Virus record (IMG/VR): IMGVR_UViG_2881418779_000002
Coordinates: 2,227-66,226 of that record
Length of the DNA stretch: 64,000 nucleotides
Strand: one strand, 5' to 3'
DNA from: a virus
Taxonomy: Duplodnaviria > Caudoviricetes
The notes beneath the pieces are model-generated. The model searched no databases, was not told where the DNA came from, and saw only the letters and a program-made list of their open reading frames with translations. Each line of letters opens with the position of its first letter. Position 1 is the first letter of the stretch. Positions 53,861 through 62,571 of the stretch are shown piece by piece. The translations under genes and the position numbers were made by a program.

Positions 53861-55294
53861 ATGCGAATTTCGCAATATTTTAAGCTCAATAAAGAACAGC
53901 CTTATTTAGATTTCGTGGATATTCGATTAGATACGGACCTTGCGGTTTTCGTAGATCCTGGCCGATTAAGAAGTCTCCAAAGTACATGGGCGACAGAGTG
54001 TCTTTCCCTCATTCAAGATTATTTCGACACCGTACTTAAAAAAATCAACAATGGGGATGATGAAGGTGCAATCAATCTTCTTAGTTGCCTAAAAGAAAGT
54101 AATGACTTCCATTTTGGCTTTTCGAAAGGAAAATCGCGAGGCAATGGAATGGGTGACGGATCGGCTCATGACGTATGGGGAGCTTTGACCAAGAGTAAAG
54201 CGAGTATCACGGGCCTTCTCCAAGACCTTGAAGACACATGTTTGCTAATTGATGGAATAGGCCCAGATAGAATTTCAGATGCCGTCTGCAACATTCTGCG
54301 TGGCCCCCTAATTCAATACACCCAGGAGGTCTGTAATTATTATGGAATTGAATTAACTCCAGACGTTGCATCTGGTCCTGTTTGGAATCCAGATAAAGAG
54401 CTGTGGGAAGAGCGCTTAATTGCCCTGCCTATGACGGAGTATGGACGCGTGATTCTCGTTCCGAAAATAATCGTTCGGCATCAGATCTGGTATGACTCAC
54501 AGGAATATTACCGCTATTACCTACTCCCGCACATGCAGAGCGAGGAAAAACGCCTTCATACTGCATTAGTCGAGACGCTTAAAGACGGCCGGACACGGGT
54601 AACAAAAAAAAGCTTGATGCATAAATACGGCGCCGACAAACTAGCGGTTGTCGAACAGACCCTTAAGCACCCATCAGTCTTAGATAACTACAGAGAGGCG
54701 AAGAAAAAACGCTTTCCAAAGCCAATGGATCATGAAACATTGGCAGACATAGAGACTACACCCCCACCCGACTTTGCTTTAAAGCTTAAAAAGCTTTCTG
54801 CTGTCCCACCAGGCAGGGATCATGCGACAGTTTATGAAAATTTGATCGAAGAAATCCTGTCCGCCCTCTTTTACCCATGCTTAACTTCGCCAACAAAACA
54901 ACATAACATCCATGAGGGTAGAAAACGGATTGACCTTACATATGTAAATAGTGCTTCGTCCGGCTTTTTCGCTTGGCTTGCGATGCATTACCCAAGTGGG
55001 CATATTTTCATCGAATGCAAAAATTTCAGCTCCGACATTAGTAATCCAGAACTAGACCAGCTTTCAGGGCGGTTCTCTCCTAGCCGTGGTCGAGTTGGGT
55101 TATTGCTGTATAGAGAAATCGACAATCGAGAAAAATTTATTCAACGGTGCATTGATACAGCGAAAGATGACCGTGGTTTCATAATCCCGCTAGGAGACAC
55201 CGATCTAGCAGAATTAATCGGAAATTATCTTGAAAACCCAAAAAGCCAAGCGTTCTCCCATCTCAAGTCTCTTTTTAACCGATTGATAATGTAA
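53861..55294 (+). CDS. Stand-alone putative restriction-type nuclease (C-terminal PD-(D/E)xK domain)
   Basis: RIDLTY...IFIECKN...PELDQL; central GIGPDRISD motif; lower GC than the flanking DNA. Confidence 0.7.
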   Translation: MRISQYFKLNKEQPYLDFVDIRLDTDLAVFVDPGRLRSLQSTWATECLSLIQDYFDTVLKKINNGDDEGAINLLSCLKESNDFHFGFSKGKSRGNGMGDGSAHDVWGALTKSKASITGLLQDLEDTCLLIDGIGPDRISDAVCNILRGPLIQYTQEVCNYYGIELTPDVASGPVWNPDKELWEERLIALPMTEYGRVILVPKIIVRHQIWYDSQEYYRYYLLPHMQSEEKRLHTALVETLKDGRTRVTKKSLMHKYGADKLAVVEQTLKHPSVLDNYREAKKKRFPKPMDHETLADIETTPPPDFALKLKKLSAVPPGRDHATVYENLIEEILSALFYPCLTSPTKQHNIHEGRKRIDLTYVNSASSGFFAWLAMHYPSGHIFIECKNFSSDISNPELDQLSGRFSPSRGRVGLLLYREIDNREKFIQRCIDTAKDDRGFIIPLGDTDLAELIGNYLENPKSQAFSHLKSLFNRLIM

Positions 55295-55696
55295 TTGAGT
55301 TAATGAAGCCCTCTACTCTCGTTGCGGAGGCAAGGCGCTTTGTTGTACGTAAGGCTATGCCTATACGTACAGAACAAGAAATTTGATCTTATGCGCCCGT
55401 TAGGGCCATTTATCAATTACGTACAGGTAAAATACGGACTGCACTTTAACGGACAATAAGGGTGCCCGCCAAACGATGTATCGGATACTGGCGAACCCAG
55501 CTGAAGCGGTAGCCAAAGCTACGGTGTGGTTTCAATAGTGTATCGCACCAGAATTCCCCGATTTCTGGGTTGCAACAAAATTTACGATGGCCATACACCC
55601 CCGACTCGTAATTCAGTCGGGTATTCTCGTTGTGTTTCCTTGTTTCCCACGCAACTGAAGAGTATGGTTGCACTTGGATAATGTTGCTAAAATAAA

Positions 55697-58240
55697 ATGA
55701 CTATTAAAGAAGCCACTGCCCGCATCAAGATTAACAAACTGCTCGAAGTTGCTGGTTGGCGTTTCTTCACCGATGGCAAATTACCTGCAAACATCCAGCT
55801 TGAGCCCAGTGTCACGATCAAAACACAGGACCTTGACGCTCTCGGCGAAGACTTCGAGAAATCATCAAAAGGATTTATTGATTTTCTTCTTCTCAACGAG
55901 AAAGGCTTTCCCTTTATAGTCCTGGAGGCAAAGGCTGAATACAAAAGTCCGCTCGTTGGGAAGGAGCAAGCCCGCAAATACGCTCGTTCGCAGAACTGCC
56001 GTTTTATCATCCTTTCTAACGGCAACCTGCATTACTTCTGGGATCTGGAGCGCGGCAATCCCTACGTCATCACAACATTCCCGACGCCCACGTCAGTGAT
56101 CGGCTATCAGAAAACCGTCCCCGATCCTAAGCGTCTTGTTGAAGAGGTGGTTGACGACGACTATGTTGTTCTCACACAGCGACCCAGCTATGCTGCCGAG
56201 GCCTCTTGGAAGAATAAGGCCGAACGCCCTGAATTCATCGACGCGAACAGTCTGCGTTTCCTCCGCCCCTATCAAAAGAAAGCCATATACGCCCTGCAAA
56301 GTGCCGTCAAAGATGGCAAAGACCGCTTCCTATTCGAGATGGCCACCGGTACCGGCAAGACACTCACGTCTGCCGCCGTAGTCAAACTTTTTTTGCGCAC
56401 GGGTAATGCTAGGCGCGTGCTTTTTCTGGTGGATCGTTTAGAACTTGAAGACCAAGCTAAAAAAGCTTTCAGCAAGGTGCTCGCCAACGATTACAAAACC
56501 GTCATCTACAAAGAAAACCGTGATGATTGGCGACGCGCTGAAATTGTTGTCACCACCGTCCAGTCACTACTTTTTAACAACAAGTACCAGCAGCTCTTCT
56601 CGCCTACCGACTTCGACCTCGTCATCTCAGACGAGGCCCACCGCTCCATTGGCGGCAATGCCCGCGCCGTTTTCGACTACTTTATCGGGTACAAACTCGG
56701 CCTTACCGCCACACCGAGCGACTACCTCAAAAAGTTTGAGAAAGCGAAACCTACCACCAAGGACCCACGCGAATTCGAACGCCGTTTGTTGCTCGACACT
56801 TACCGCACCTTCGGCTGCGATGATGGCCAGCCCACATTCCGTTATTCCCTGCTCGATGGCGTGAAAGATGGCTTCCTTATCAATCCTACCGTAGTAGATG
56901 CCCGCAGCGAGATCACCACACAGCTTCTCTCGGAAAATGGGTTTATCGTTGAATTCAAAGACGATCAGGGCGAAGATCAGAAAGAGACTTTCAAGCAGCG
57001 CGAATTCGAGAAACGCTTCTTTTCCGACGCCACCAACCAGCTTTTCTGTAAAACATTTCTGGCGCATGCGCACCGCGACCCCATCAGCGGCGAGATTGGT
57101 AAATCCATCATCTTTGCCGTTAGTCAAAATCACGCCGCCAAACTTGCGCAGATTCTGAACCTGATGGCGGACATGATGTTCCCAGGCAAATACCAGTCTG
57201 ATTTTGCCGTGCAAGTCACCTCGCAGATTACCGACGCCCAGCAGTTCACCATCAACTTCACCAATAACAACCTGCTCGGATCAGCCAATTTTCTGCCAAG
57301 CTACAAAACCAGCAAAGCTCGCATCTGCATTACCGTCGGCATGATGACGACGGGCTACGATTGCCCCGACCTGCTCAACCTTGGCCTGTTCCGGCCGATC
57401 TTTTCGCCCACCGATTTCATCCAGATCAAAGGGCGCGGCACCCGCAAACACAATTTCCTCGAACAGCTATTCGATAACGACCTCAAGGAAATTGTCAAGA
57501 AACCGTGCAAAACCTCTTACAAACTGTTCGATTTTTTTGCCAATTGCGAATTCTTCGAAGAAGAGTTCAACTACGACGAGATTCTCAAACTACCTAAACC
57601 AAAAGGGCAAGGCAGCGAAGATGCGGGGGGTGGCGCGGGACCAGTGGCCTATGGTGAAAGCTACGAGCACTTAGGCGCAGATTTTATCTCATCCATTCAA
57701 CAAGAGACCATCGGCTATGAGGGCATGAAGATCGACCGCATGTTCTACGAGAAATTCGAGGACACCATGCGCGAGAATGCGACCATCGTTGAGGCCGTCG
57801 AGGCAGGCCAGTGGGACCGTGTTATTGATTACGTCAACCGCGAAGTGTTTGACAAGCCTAACGAATTCTATACCCTCGATAAGCTCCGTAAAGCCGCTGC
57901 CGTGGATCGTCGCCTCGGCCTGCGCGAAATTCTCGAAAAAATCTTCGGCCTGATCCCGCGCTTCAAATCCAAGGATGAACTGCTTGAAGAAGAATTCTCG
58001 AAATTCGTCGCCGACTACAAACCGGAAGAAGCTGAGGCTATTCCGGCGCTCAAGAATTACTTCAAGGCCTACGTCACCAGCGACCAGATTCGCCACATCA
58101 TCGAGACTAAACAATACACCGATCTCGCCACCAATCCGATCTTCTCGACCCGTGACCTCAGGGCCGTGCCAGAGCAATACCGCACACTCATACCCAATTA
58201 CATCAAGGACTACGTATCCTTGAACCAATTTGCTGCATAA
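55697..58240 (+). CDS. hsdR: Type I restriction subunit (EcoAI/EcoKI-like HsdR)
   Basis: D...LEAK nuclease, ATGTGKT Walker A, DEAH, LTAT, MMTTGYD and QIKGRGTR motifs. Confidence 0.92.
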   Translation: MTIKEATARIKINKLLEVAGWRFFTDGKLPANIQLEPSVTIKTQDLDALGEDFEKSSKGFIDFLLLNEKGFPFIVLEAKAEYKSPLVGKEQARKYARSQNCRFIILSNGNLHYFWDLERGNPYVITTFPTPTSVIGYQKTVPDPKRLVEEVVDDDYVVLTQRPSYAAEASWKNKAERPEFIDANSLRFLRPYQKKAIYALQSAVKDGKDRFLFEMATGTGKTLTSAAVVKLFLRTGNARRVLFLVDRLELEDQAKKAFSKVLANDYKTVIYKENRDDWRRAEIVVTTVQSLLFNNKYQQLFSPTDFDLVISDEAHRSIGGNARAVFDYFIGYKLGLTATPSDYLKKFEKAKPTTKDPREFERRLLLDTYRTFGCDDGQPTFRYSLLDGVKDGFLINPTVVDARSEITTQLLSENGFIVEFKDDQGEDQKETFKQREFEKRFFSDATNQLFCKTFLAHAHRDPISGEIGKSIIFAVSQNHAAKLAQILNLMADMMFPGKYQSDFAVQVTSQITDAQQFTINFTNNNLLGSANFLPSYKTSKARICITVGMMTTGYDCPDLLNLGLFRPIFSPTDFIQIKGRGTRKHNFLEQLFDNDLKEIVKKPCKTSYKLFDFFANCEFFEEEFNYDEILKLPKPKGQGSEDAGGGAGPVAYGESYEHLGADFISSIQQETIGYEGMKIDRMFYEKFEDTMRENATIVEAVEAGQWDRVIDYVNREVFDKPNEFYTLDKLRKAAAVDRRLGLREILEKIFGLIPRFKSKDELLEEEFSKFVADYKPEEAEAIPALKNYFKAYVTSDQIRHIIETKQYTDLATNPIFSTRDLRAVPEQYRTLIPNYIKDYVSLNQFAA

Positions 58241-58249
58241 AGGATTTTC

Positions 58250-60766
58250 ATGCTGGACTCCGTTACCAAACGCCGTATCGACACCGCCCGCGACATCCTC
58301 GTCGGTAAGGTCCCTGACCCAAAATCCCAAGTCGAGCAAATCACCATCGCCCTCATCTACAAATTCATGGATGATATGGACGCCGAAGCCGAAGAGCTGG
58401 GCGGCAAGCGTAAATTCTTCACCGGCGACTTTACCCGCTACGGCTGGGCCAAGCTGATGAGCGCAGGCATTGGCGGCCACGAATTGATCGGCCTCTACGG
58501 TGAAGGCATCACCACCATGCCGCAGAACCCCGGTATCCCCCTGCTGTTTCGCGATATTTTCAAAAACGCTTATCTACCGTATCGCGACCCCGAGACGCTC
58601 AAGAGTTTTCTTAAAATTATCGATGAATTTAGCTACGACCACTCCGAGCGACTCGGCGACGCCTTCGAATACTTGCTATCCGTCCTCGGCTCGCAAGGCG
58701 ATGCGGGTCAGTTCCGCACCCCGCGCCACATCATTGATTTCATCGTTGAGGTGATGGCACCAAAAAAAGGCGAGATGATTCTTGACCCCGCTTGTGGCAC
58801 GGCGGGTTTCCTCATCTCCGCTTACAAATACATTTTGCGTACGAATATCGACGCCAAAAATACCAGCACGCTCACCCCTGACGAAAAAGGCCGCATCGCC
58901 AAAAACTTTCAGGGCTACGACATCTCGCCCGACATGGTACGCCTATCGCTGGTGAACCTTTACTTGCACGGGTTCTCAGATCCGCACATCGTCGAATACG
59001 ACACACTCACATCCGAAGAACGCTGGAACGAATCCGCTGACGTCATTCTTGCGAATCCGCCCTTCATGTCGCCGAAAGGCGGCATCAAGCCGCATAAACG
59101 CTTTTCCATTCAGGCCAAGCGCAGTGAAGTGCTGTTTGTGGATTACATCGCCGAGCACCTCACGCCTACTGGTCGTGCTGGCATCATTGTTCCCGAAGGC
59201 ATCATCTTTCAGAGCCAGAACGCTTACAAAGAACTGCGGAAAATGCTGGTCGAAAATTCGCTCGTCGCCGTAGTTTCGCTCCCAGCGGGCGTGTTTCAGC
59301 CTTACTCTGGCGTCAAAACTTCCATCCTAATCCTCGATAAATCCCTCGCCAAACAAAGCCACAGCGTTGCCTTTTTCAAAATCGAAAACGACGGCTTCGG
59401 TCTTGGTGCACAACGCCGCGCGAATGGAGGAGAACAACTTACGCAGGTAAAAATTGAACTGGCCGAATACCTGCAAGCGCTCCGCAGGCAACAAGCCACC
59501 GACAAGCTTCAGCCCACGCTCGGACTGATTGTGGCGAAGGAAAAAATCGCCGCGAACGGCGACTACAACCTCAGCGGGGAGCGGTATCGGGAGATTGGGG
59601 TAAGCTCATCCAAATTTCCCAAACTACGCTTAGGCGACGTCTGCACATTGAATCCACTCAAGAGCGAACTTAGGGACTTGGGCGGTGAAACTTCCGTCTC
59701 CTTTGTGCCCATGGCAGACTTGAACGAGCATAGAATTTCATTCCGGCCCAGTGAAGAGAAAAGGCTGTCGGAAGTTTCGAACAGCTACACCTACTTCAAA
59801 GACAATGACGTGTTGCTGGCAAAAGTGACGCCCTGCTTCGAGAACGGCAAAGCGGGTATCGCGCGAAATCTCGTCAATGGAATCGGGTTCGGTTCAAGCG
59901 AGTATTACGTACTGCGGACCGAAGGGCTTGCACTCCCTGAATGGATCTACTTTTGTGTTACCCATCCAATCTTCCGAGATAGCGCGATTGCCCAGATGAC
60001 TGGCACCGGAGGTTTACAACGCGTACCGCGTAGCTATGTGGAGAACTTCGAAATCCCTCTCCCGCCGCTGGAGGTGCAGAAGGAGATCGTGGCGGAGATC
60101 GAGGGCTACCAGAAAGTCATCAATGGCGCCCGCACCGTCCTCGACCACTACCGCCCCCACATCCCCATCCACCTTGACTGGCCGGTCTTCGAACTCAGCG
60201 AAGTGTCGACCAAAATCACCGACGGCGCGCATTTCACCCCAACTTACACTGAGTCTGGCGTTCCGTTTCTGCGTGTTACCGACATCACTGGAAGCAACAC
60301 GTCGAAAAAGTTTATTCCGCAGGACGAGCATAACGAACTCATCAAGCGCTGCCGTCCAGAGAAGGGAGATGTTCTTTACTCAAAGAACGGCACCATCGGC
60401 ATTGCAAAGCTCATCGATTGGGATTGGGAGTTCAGCATATTCGTGAGCCTCGCTCTAATTAAGCCCAAGAGAGAGTTGCTGGACCCGCATTATTTGGCGT
60501 GCTTTTTGAATTCCGACACGGCATATGCTCAGGCGACTGCCCGCTCCAAGTCAGGCACGGTTACGAACCTCCATCTCGTCGATATTAAAACGATCAAAAT
60601 CCCCCTCCCACCCCTCGCCACGCAGCAAGCCATCGTCGCCGAGATCGAAGCCGAGCAAGCGCTGGTCGCCGCCAACCGCGAACTGATGATCCGCTTCGAG
60701 AAAAAAGTCCAGGCCACCATCGCCCGCGCCTGGGGTGAAGAAGATCTACCTGAAGTGGAGGTCTAG
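58250..60766 (+). CDS. HsdM-HsdS fusion (N6-adenine MTase + two TRDs)
   Basis: GQFRTP, DPACGTAGFL and NPPF; two TRDs each followed by a PLPPL..Q..IV.EIE conserved repeat. Confidence 0.92.
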   Translation: MLDSVTKRRIDTARDILVGKVPDPKSQVEQITIALIYKFMDDMDAEAEELGGKRKFFTGDFTRYGWAKLMSAGIGGHELIGLYGEGITTMPQNPGIPLLFRDIFKNAYLPYRDPETLKSFLKIIDEFSYDHSERLGDAFEYLLSVLGSQGDAGQFRTPRHIIDFIVEVMAPKKGEMILDPACGTAGFLISAYKYILRTNIDAKNTSTLTPDEKGRIAKNFQGYDISPDMVRLSLVNLYLHGFSDPHIVEYDTLTSEERWNESADVILANPPFMSPKGGIKPHKRFSIQAKRSEVLFVDYIAEHLTPTGRAGIIVPEGIIFQSQNAYKELRKMLVENSLVAVVSLPAGVFQPYSGVKTSILILDKSLAKQSHSVAFFKIENDGFGLGAQRRANGGEQLTQVKIELAEYLQALRRQQATDKLQPTLGLIVAKEKIAANGDYNLSGERYREIGVSSSKFPKLRLGDVCTLNPLKSELRDLGGETSVSFVPMADLNEHRISFRPSEEKRLSEVSNSYTYFKDNDVLLAKVTPCFENGKAGIARNLVNGIGFGSSEYYVLRTEGLALPEWIYFCVTHPIFRDSAIAQMTGTGGLQRVPRSYVENFEIPLPPLEVQKEIVAEIEGYQKVINGARTVLDHYRPHIPIHLDWPVFELSEVSTKITDGAHFTPTYTESGVPFLRVTDITGSNTSKKFIPQDEHNELIKRCRPEKGDVLYSKNGTIGIAKLIDWDWEFSIFVSLALIKPKRELLDPHYLACFLNSDTAYAQATARSKSGTVTNLHLVDIKTIKIPLPPLATQQAIVAEIEAEQALVAANRELMIRFEKKVQATIARAWGEEDLPEVEV

Positions 60767-60769
60767 GCT

Positions 60770-61507
60770 ATGGACGAGGCACTCGAATTAGCAGACTATC
60801 TCCCCGTGTCGTACAAGACGCAATCCGAGGGCAAGTATATTACTTTTCTCTGGGATGCCTTTCAGAGCAACTACGCGACGGGGAAATACGAATTCTCCAG
60901 CCTCGCCTTTCACCTGCTATATATGAGCTTCGTCAGTTTTTCGATCTGGCAAATCCGGTTGGTTCGCGAACAAGATTTCAAGAATGCGCTCGTCGGCTTT
61001 CAAAGCGAGTCTGAGAATACGCTCCTCGACGCTGACACGCCGTTCAAATTTTACGAAAAACTGAAGGAATCGCAGATCTTCCGTTTCCTAAAACTAATAG
61101 GTTGCGGAAACGAGCAAGTCGGTGAATTCGCGAAATTTGTAAAGCGTCGCAACAAGATCGCACATCCCAGTGGCACTGTCTTCTTCAACGACCAAAAATC
61201 GATTGACACCGAAATCAAGGAGATGATGCTAGAAGTGGCCAACATTCAGCGATGTATGCGTCCGATTATTCAAGAAGTGTACGGCCGTTTTTTGATCGGA
61301 GGTTCAGACCAAGAAGAACGCGAGTATGCAACCCCAGATCAAGAGATAGAAGCTAACCTGTTCCATCGAAATTACATCTCGCTAAAAGACATCGAAATCT
61401 GCATCGACTTTGACATCACCAGTTTACCTACGCATGAACACTCTGAAGCAATACAAGAATTGCACAACACTTTGATCTCAAAATATGAAAACTGTGACTA
61501 CCAATGA
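60770..61507 (+). CDS. HEPN-like protein co-transcribed with the R-M genes
   Basis: Rx4H motif RNKIAH; starts 3 bp after hsdMS. Confidence 0.55.
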   Translation: MDEALELADYLPVSYKTQSEGKYITFLWDAFQSNYATGKYEFSSLAFHLLYMSFVSFSIWQIRLVREQDFKNALVGFQSESENTLLDADTPFKFYEKLKESQIFRFLKLIGCGNEQVGEFAKFVKRRNKIAHPSGTVFFNDQKSIDTEIKEMMLEVANIQRCMRPIIQEVYGRFLIGGSDQEEREYATPDQEIEANLFHRNYISLKDIEICIDFDITSLPTHEHSEAIQELHNTLISKYENCDYQ

Positions 61508-61552
61508 GTATGACGACAAATCACTCAACACGGACATGCTGCGGCACATTGG

Positions 61553-62104
61553 TTAAGCGTTTATTTGTATATGTGGACGCCTCTTTAGCAAAGCTTCAAC
61601 AACTTCCTTGAACTGGGCTGGATTAGGAGTCCGCATAATTTGCAAGGGCAAGCCAAGCATTGTGGCAACCCTATTGGCATGGGCGGCCTCAGCTATCGCA
61701 AAGGACGCTAAGTCCGCAACGTTCCACGAATGATCGCCCCGTTCTGACAACCGCACCGAGATGACCTCAACATCACACTCAAGCAATAGAACAGCGTCAA
61801 TTCGCAAACAACGGAATACCTTTTCCGCAATCGGTATATGCACGCCATGTTCGCCACGAAGAACAAAATGCCCATCAAGCAGTAGCGATGGATCACTTTC
61901 TTTCAATCTTGAGACTGCTGAAATTAGAGCAGTCTGGTTATCGTCCACTTCGCTAACTTGTTTATCTTTACCCCACGATTGCCCCCCACGCTCTTCTCTT
62001 ATCAACTGACTCGCTGTCGCATGCCTGATTCCGAGTTGTTTAGCTATGGGGGCGGCAAGATAGGTCTTCCCGACACCATGAATGCCAGCAACGAAAATAA
62101 TCAC
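61553..62104 (-). CDS. P-loop nucleotide kinase-like protein
   Basis: GIHGVGKT, ASQLI and LLLDGH motifs. Confidence 0.85.
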   Translation of the reverse strand: MIIFVAGIHGVGKTYLAAPIAKQLGIRHATASQLIREERGGQSWGKDKQVSEVDDNQTALISAVSRLKESDPSLLLDGHFVLRGEHGVHIPIAEKVFRCLRIDAVLLLECDVEVISVRLSERGDHSWNVADLASFAIAEAAHANRVATMLGLPLQIMRTPNPAQFKEVVEALLKRRPHIQINA

Positions 62105-62571
62105 TGTTTAGCCTTCCTTATTCGCACTTTCTGTTCGAGTTTTCGTATTTCAGCTGCCGACAAGTAGCGAAACGATTGCGGTGCCGAAAAATTCTCAATG
62201 ACAGCCTGCGGCTCAATCATTTTCTCGAATTTAACAACGTCATCCAAGAGCACGGCATACCCAGCATCTTTACCGCTGAAATAGTCAAAAAGCTCACGCC
62301 TAGTCAGTCCTCCGCCGCGTTGAACACTGTGTTTCCATAGAGTGGACGGTGCCGCTCTCACGACGTCTTGCACATTCACGCGTCCCACAAGGCGGCAAAC
62401 TGGAGAACTGGCGTAGATAACAATCATTCCCACCTGCTCGGCAGCCCACATACGACGCAATTCGACTGTTTTCGTACCAGCAAGAATTAGCTCAGCGTAT
62501 TTAGGCTTAATTGAAAGAACTATGGCTCTTCCACCCTGCGGCAGTAAGCACTTTTGAGAATTGGTCATCAT
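62101..62571 (-). CDS. ASCH-domain protein
   Basis: LSIKPKYAELILAGTKTVELRR, IYASSPV and APQSFRYL motifs. Confidence 0.9.
   Translation of the reverse strand: MMTNSQKCLLPQGGRAIVLSIKPKYAELILAGTKTVELRRMWAAEQVGMIVIYASSPVCRLVGRVNVQDVVRAAPSTLWKHSVQRGGGLTRRELFDYFSGKDAGYAVLLDDVVKFEKMIEPQAVIENFSAPQSFRYLSAAEIRKLEQKVRIRKAKQ

Noticed and set aside
55446-55673. Short ORF and CCCGACT/AGTCGGG hairpin upstream of hsdR as an IS end or tRNA relic
   Set aside because: No transposase, partner repeat or cloverleaf could be found; not supportable beyond a simple hairpin.
57689-58480. Long minus-strand ORFs across hsdR/hsdMS (also 56627-57214)
   Set aside because: Antisense shadows of GC3-rich genes, with no motifs.
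59520-59620. Frameshift site at the HsdM-HsdS junction producing free HsdM
   Set aside because: The A6 run (AAG GAA AAA ATC) does not form an in-frame X XXY YYZ heptamer.
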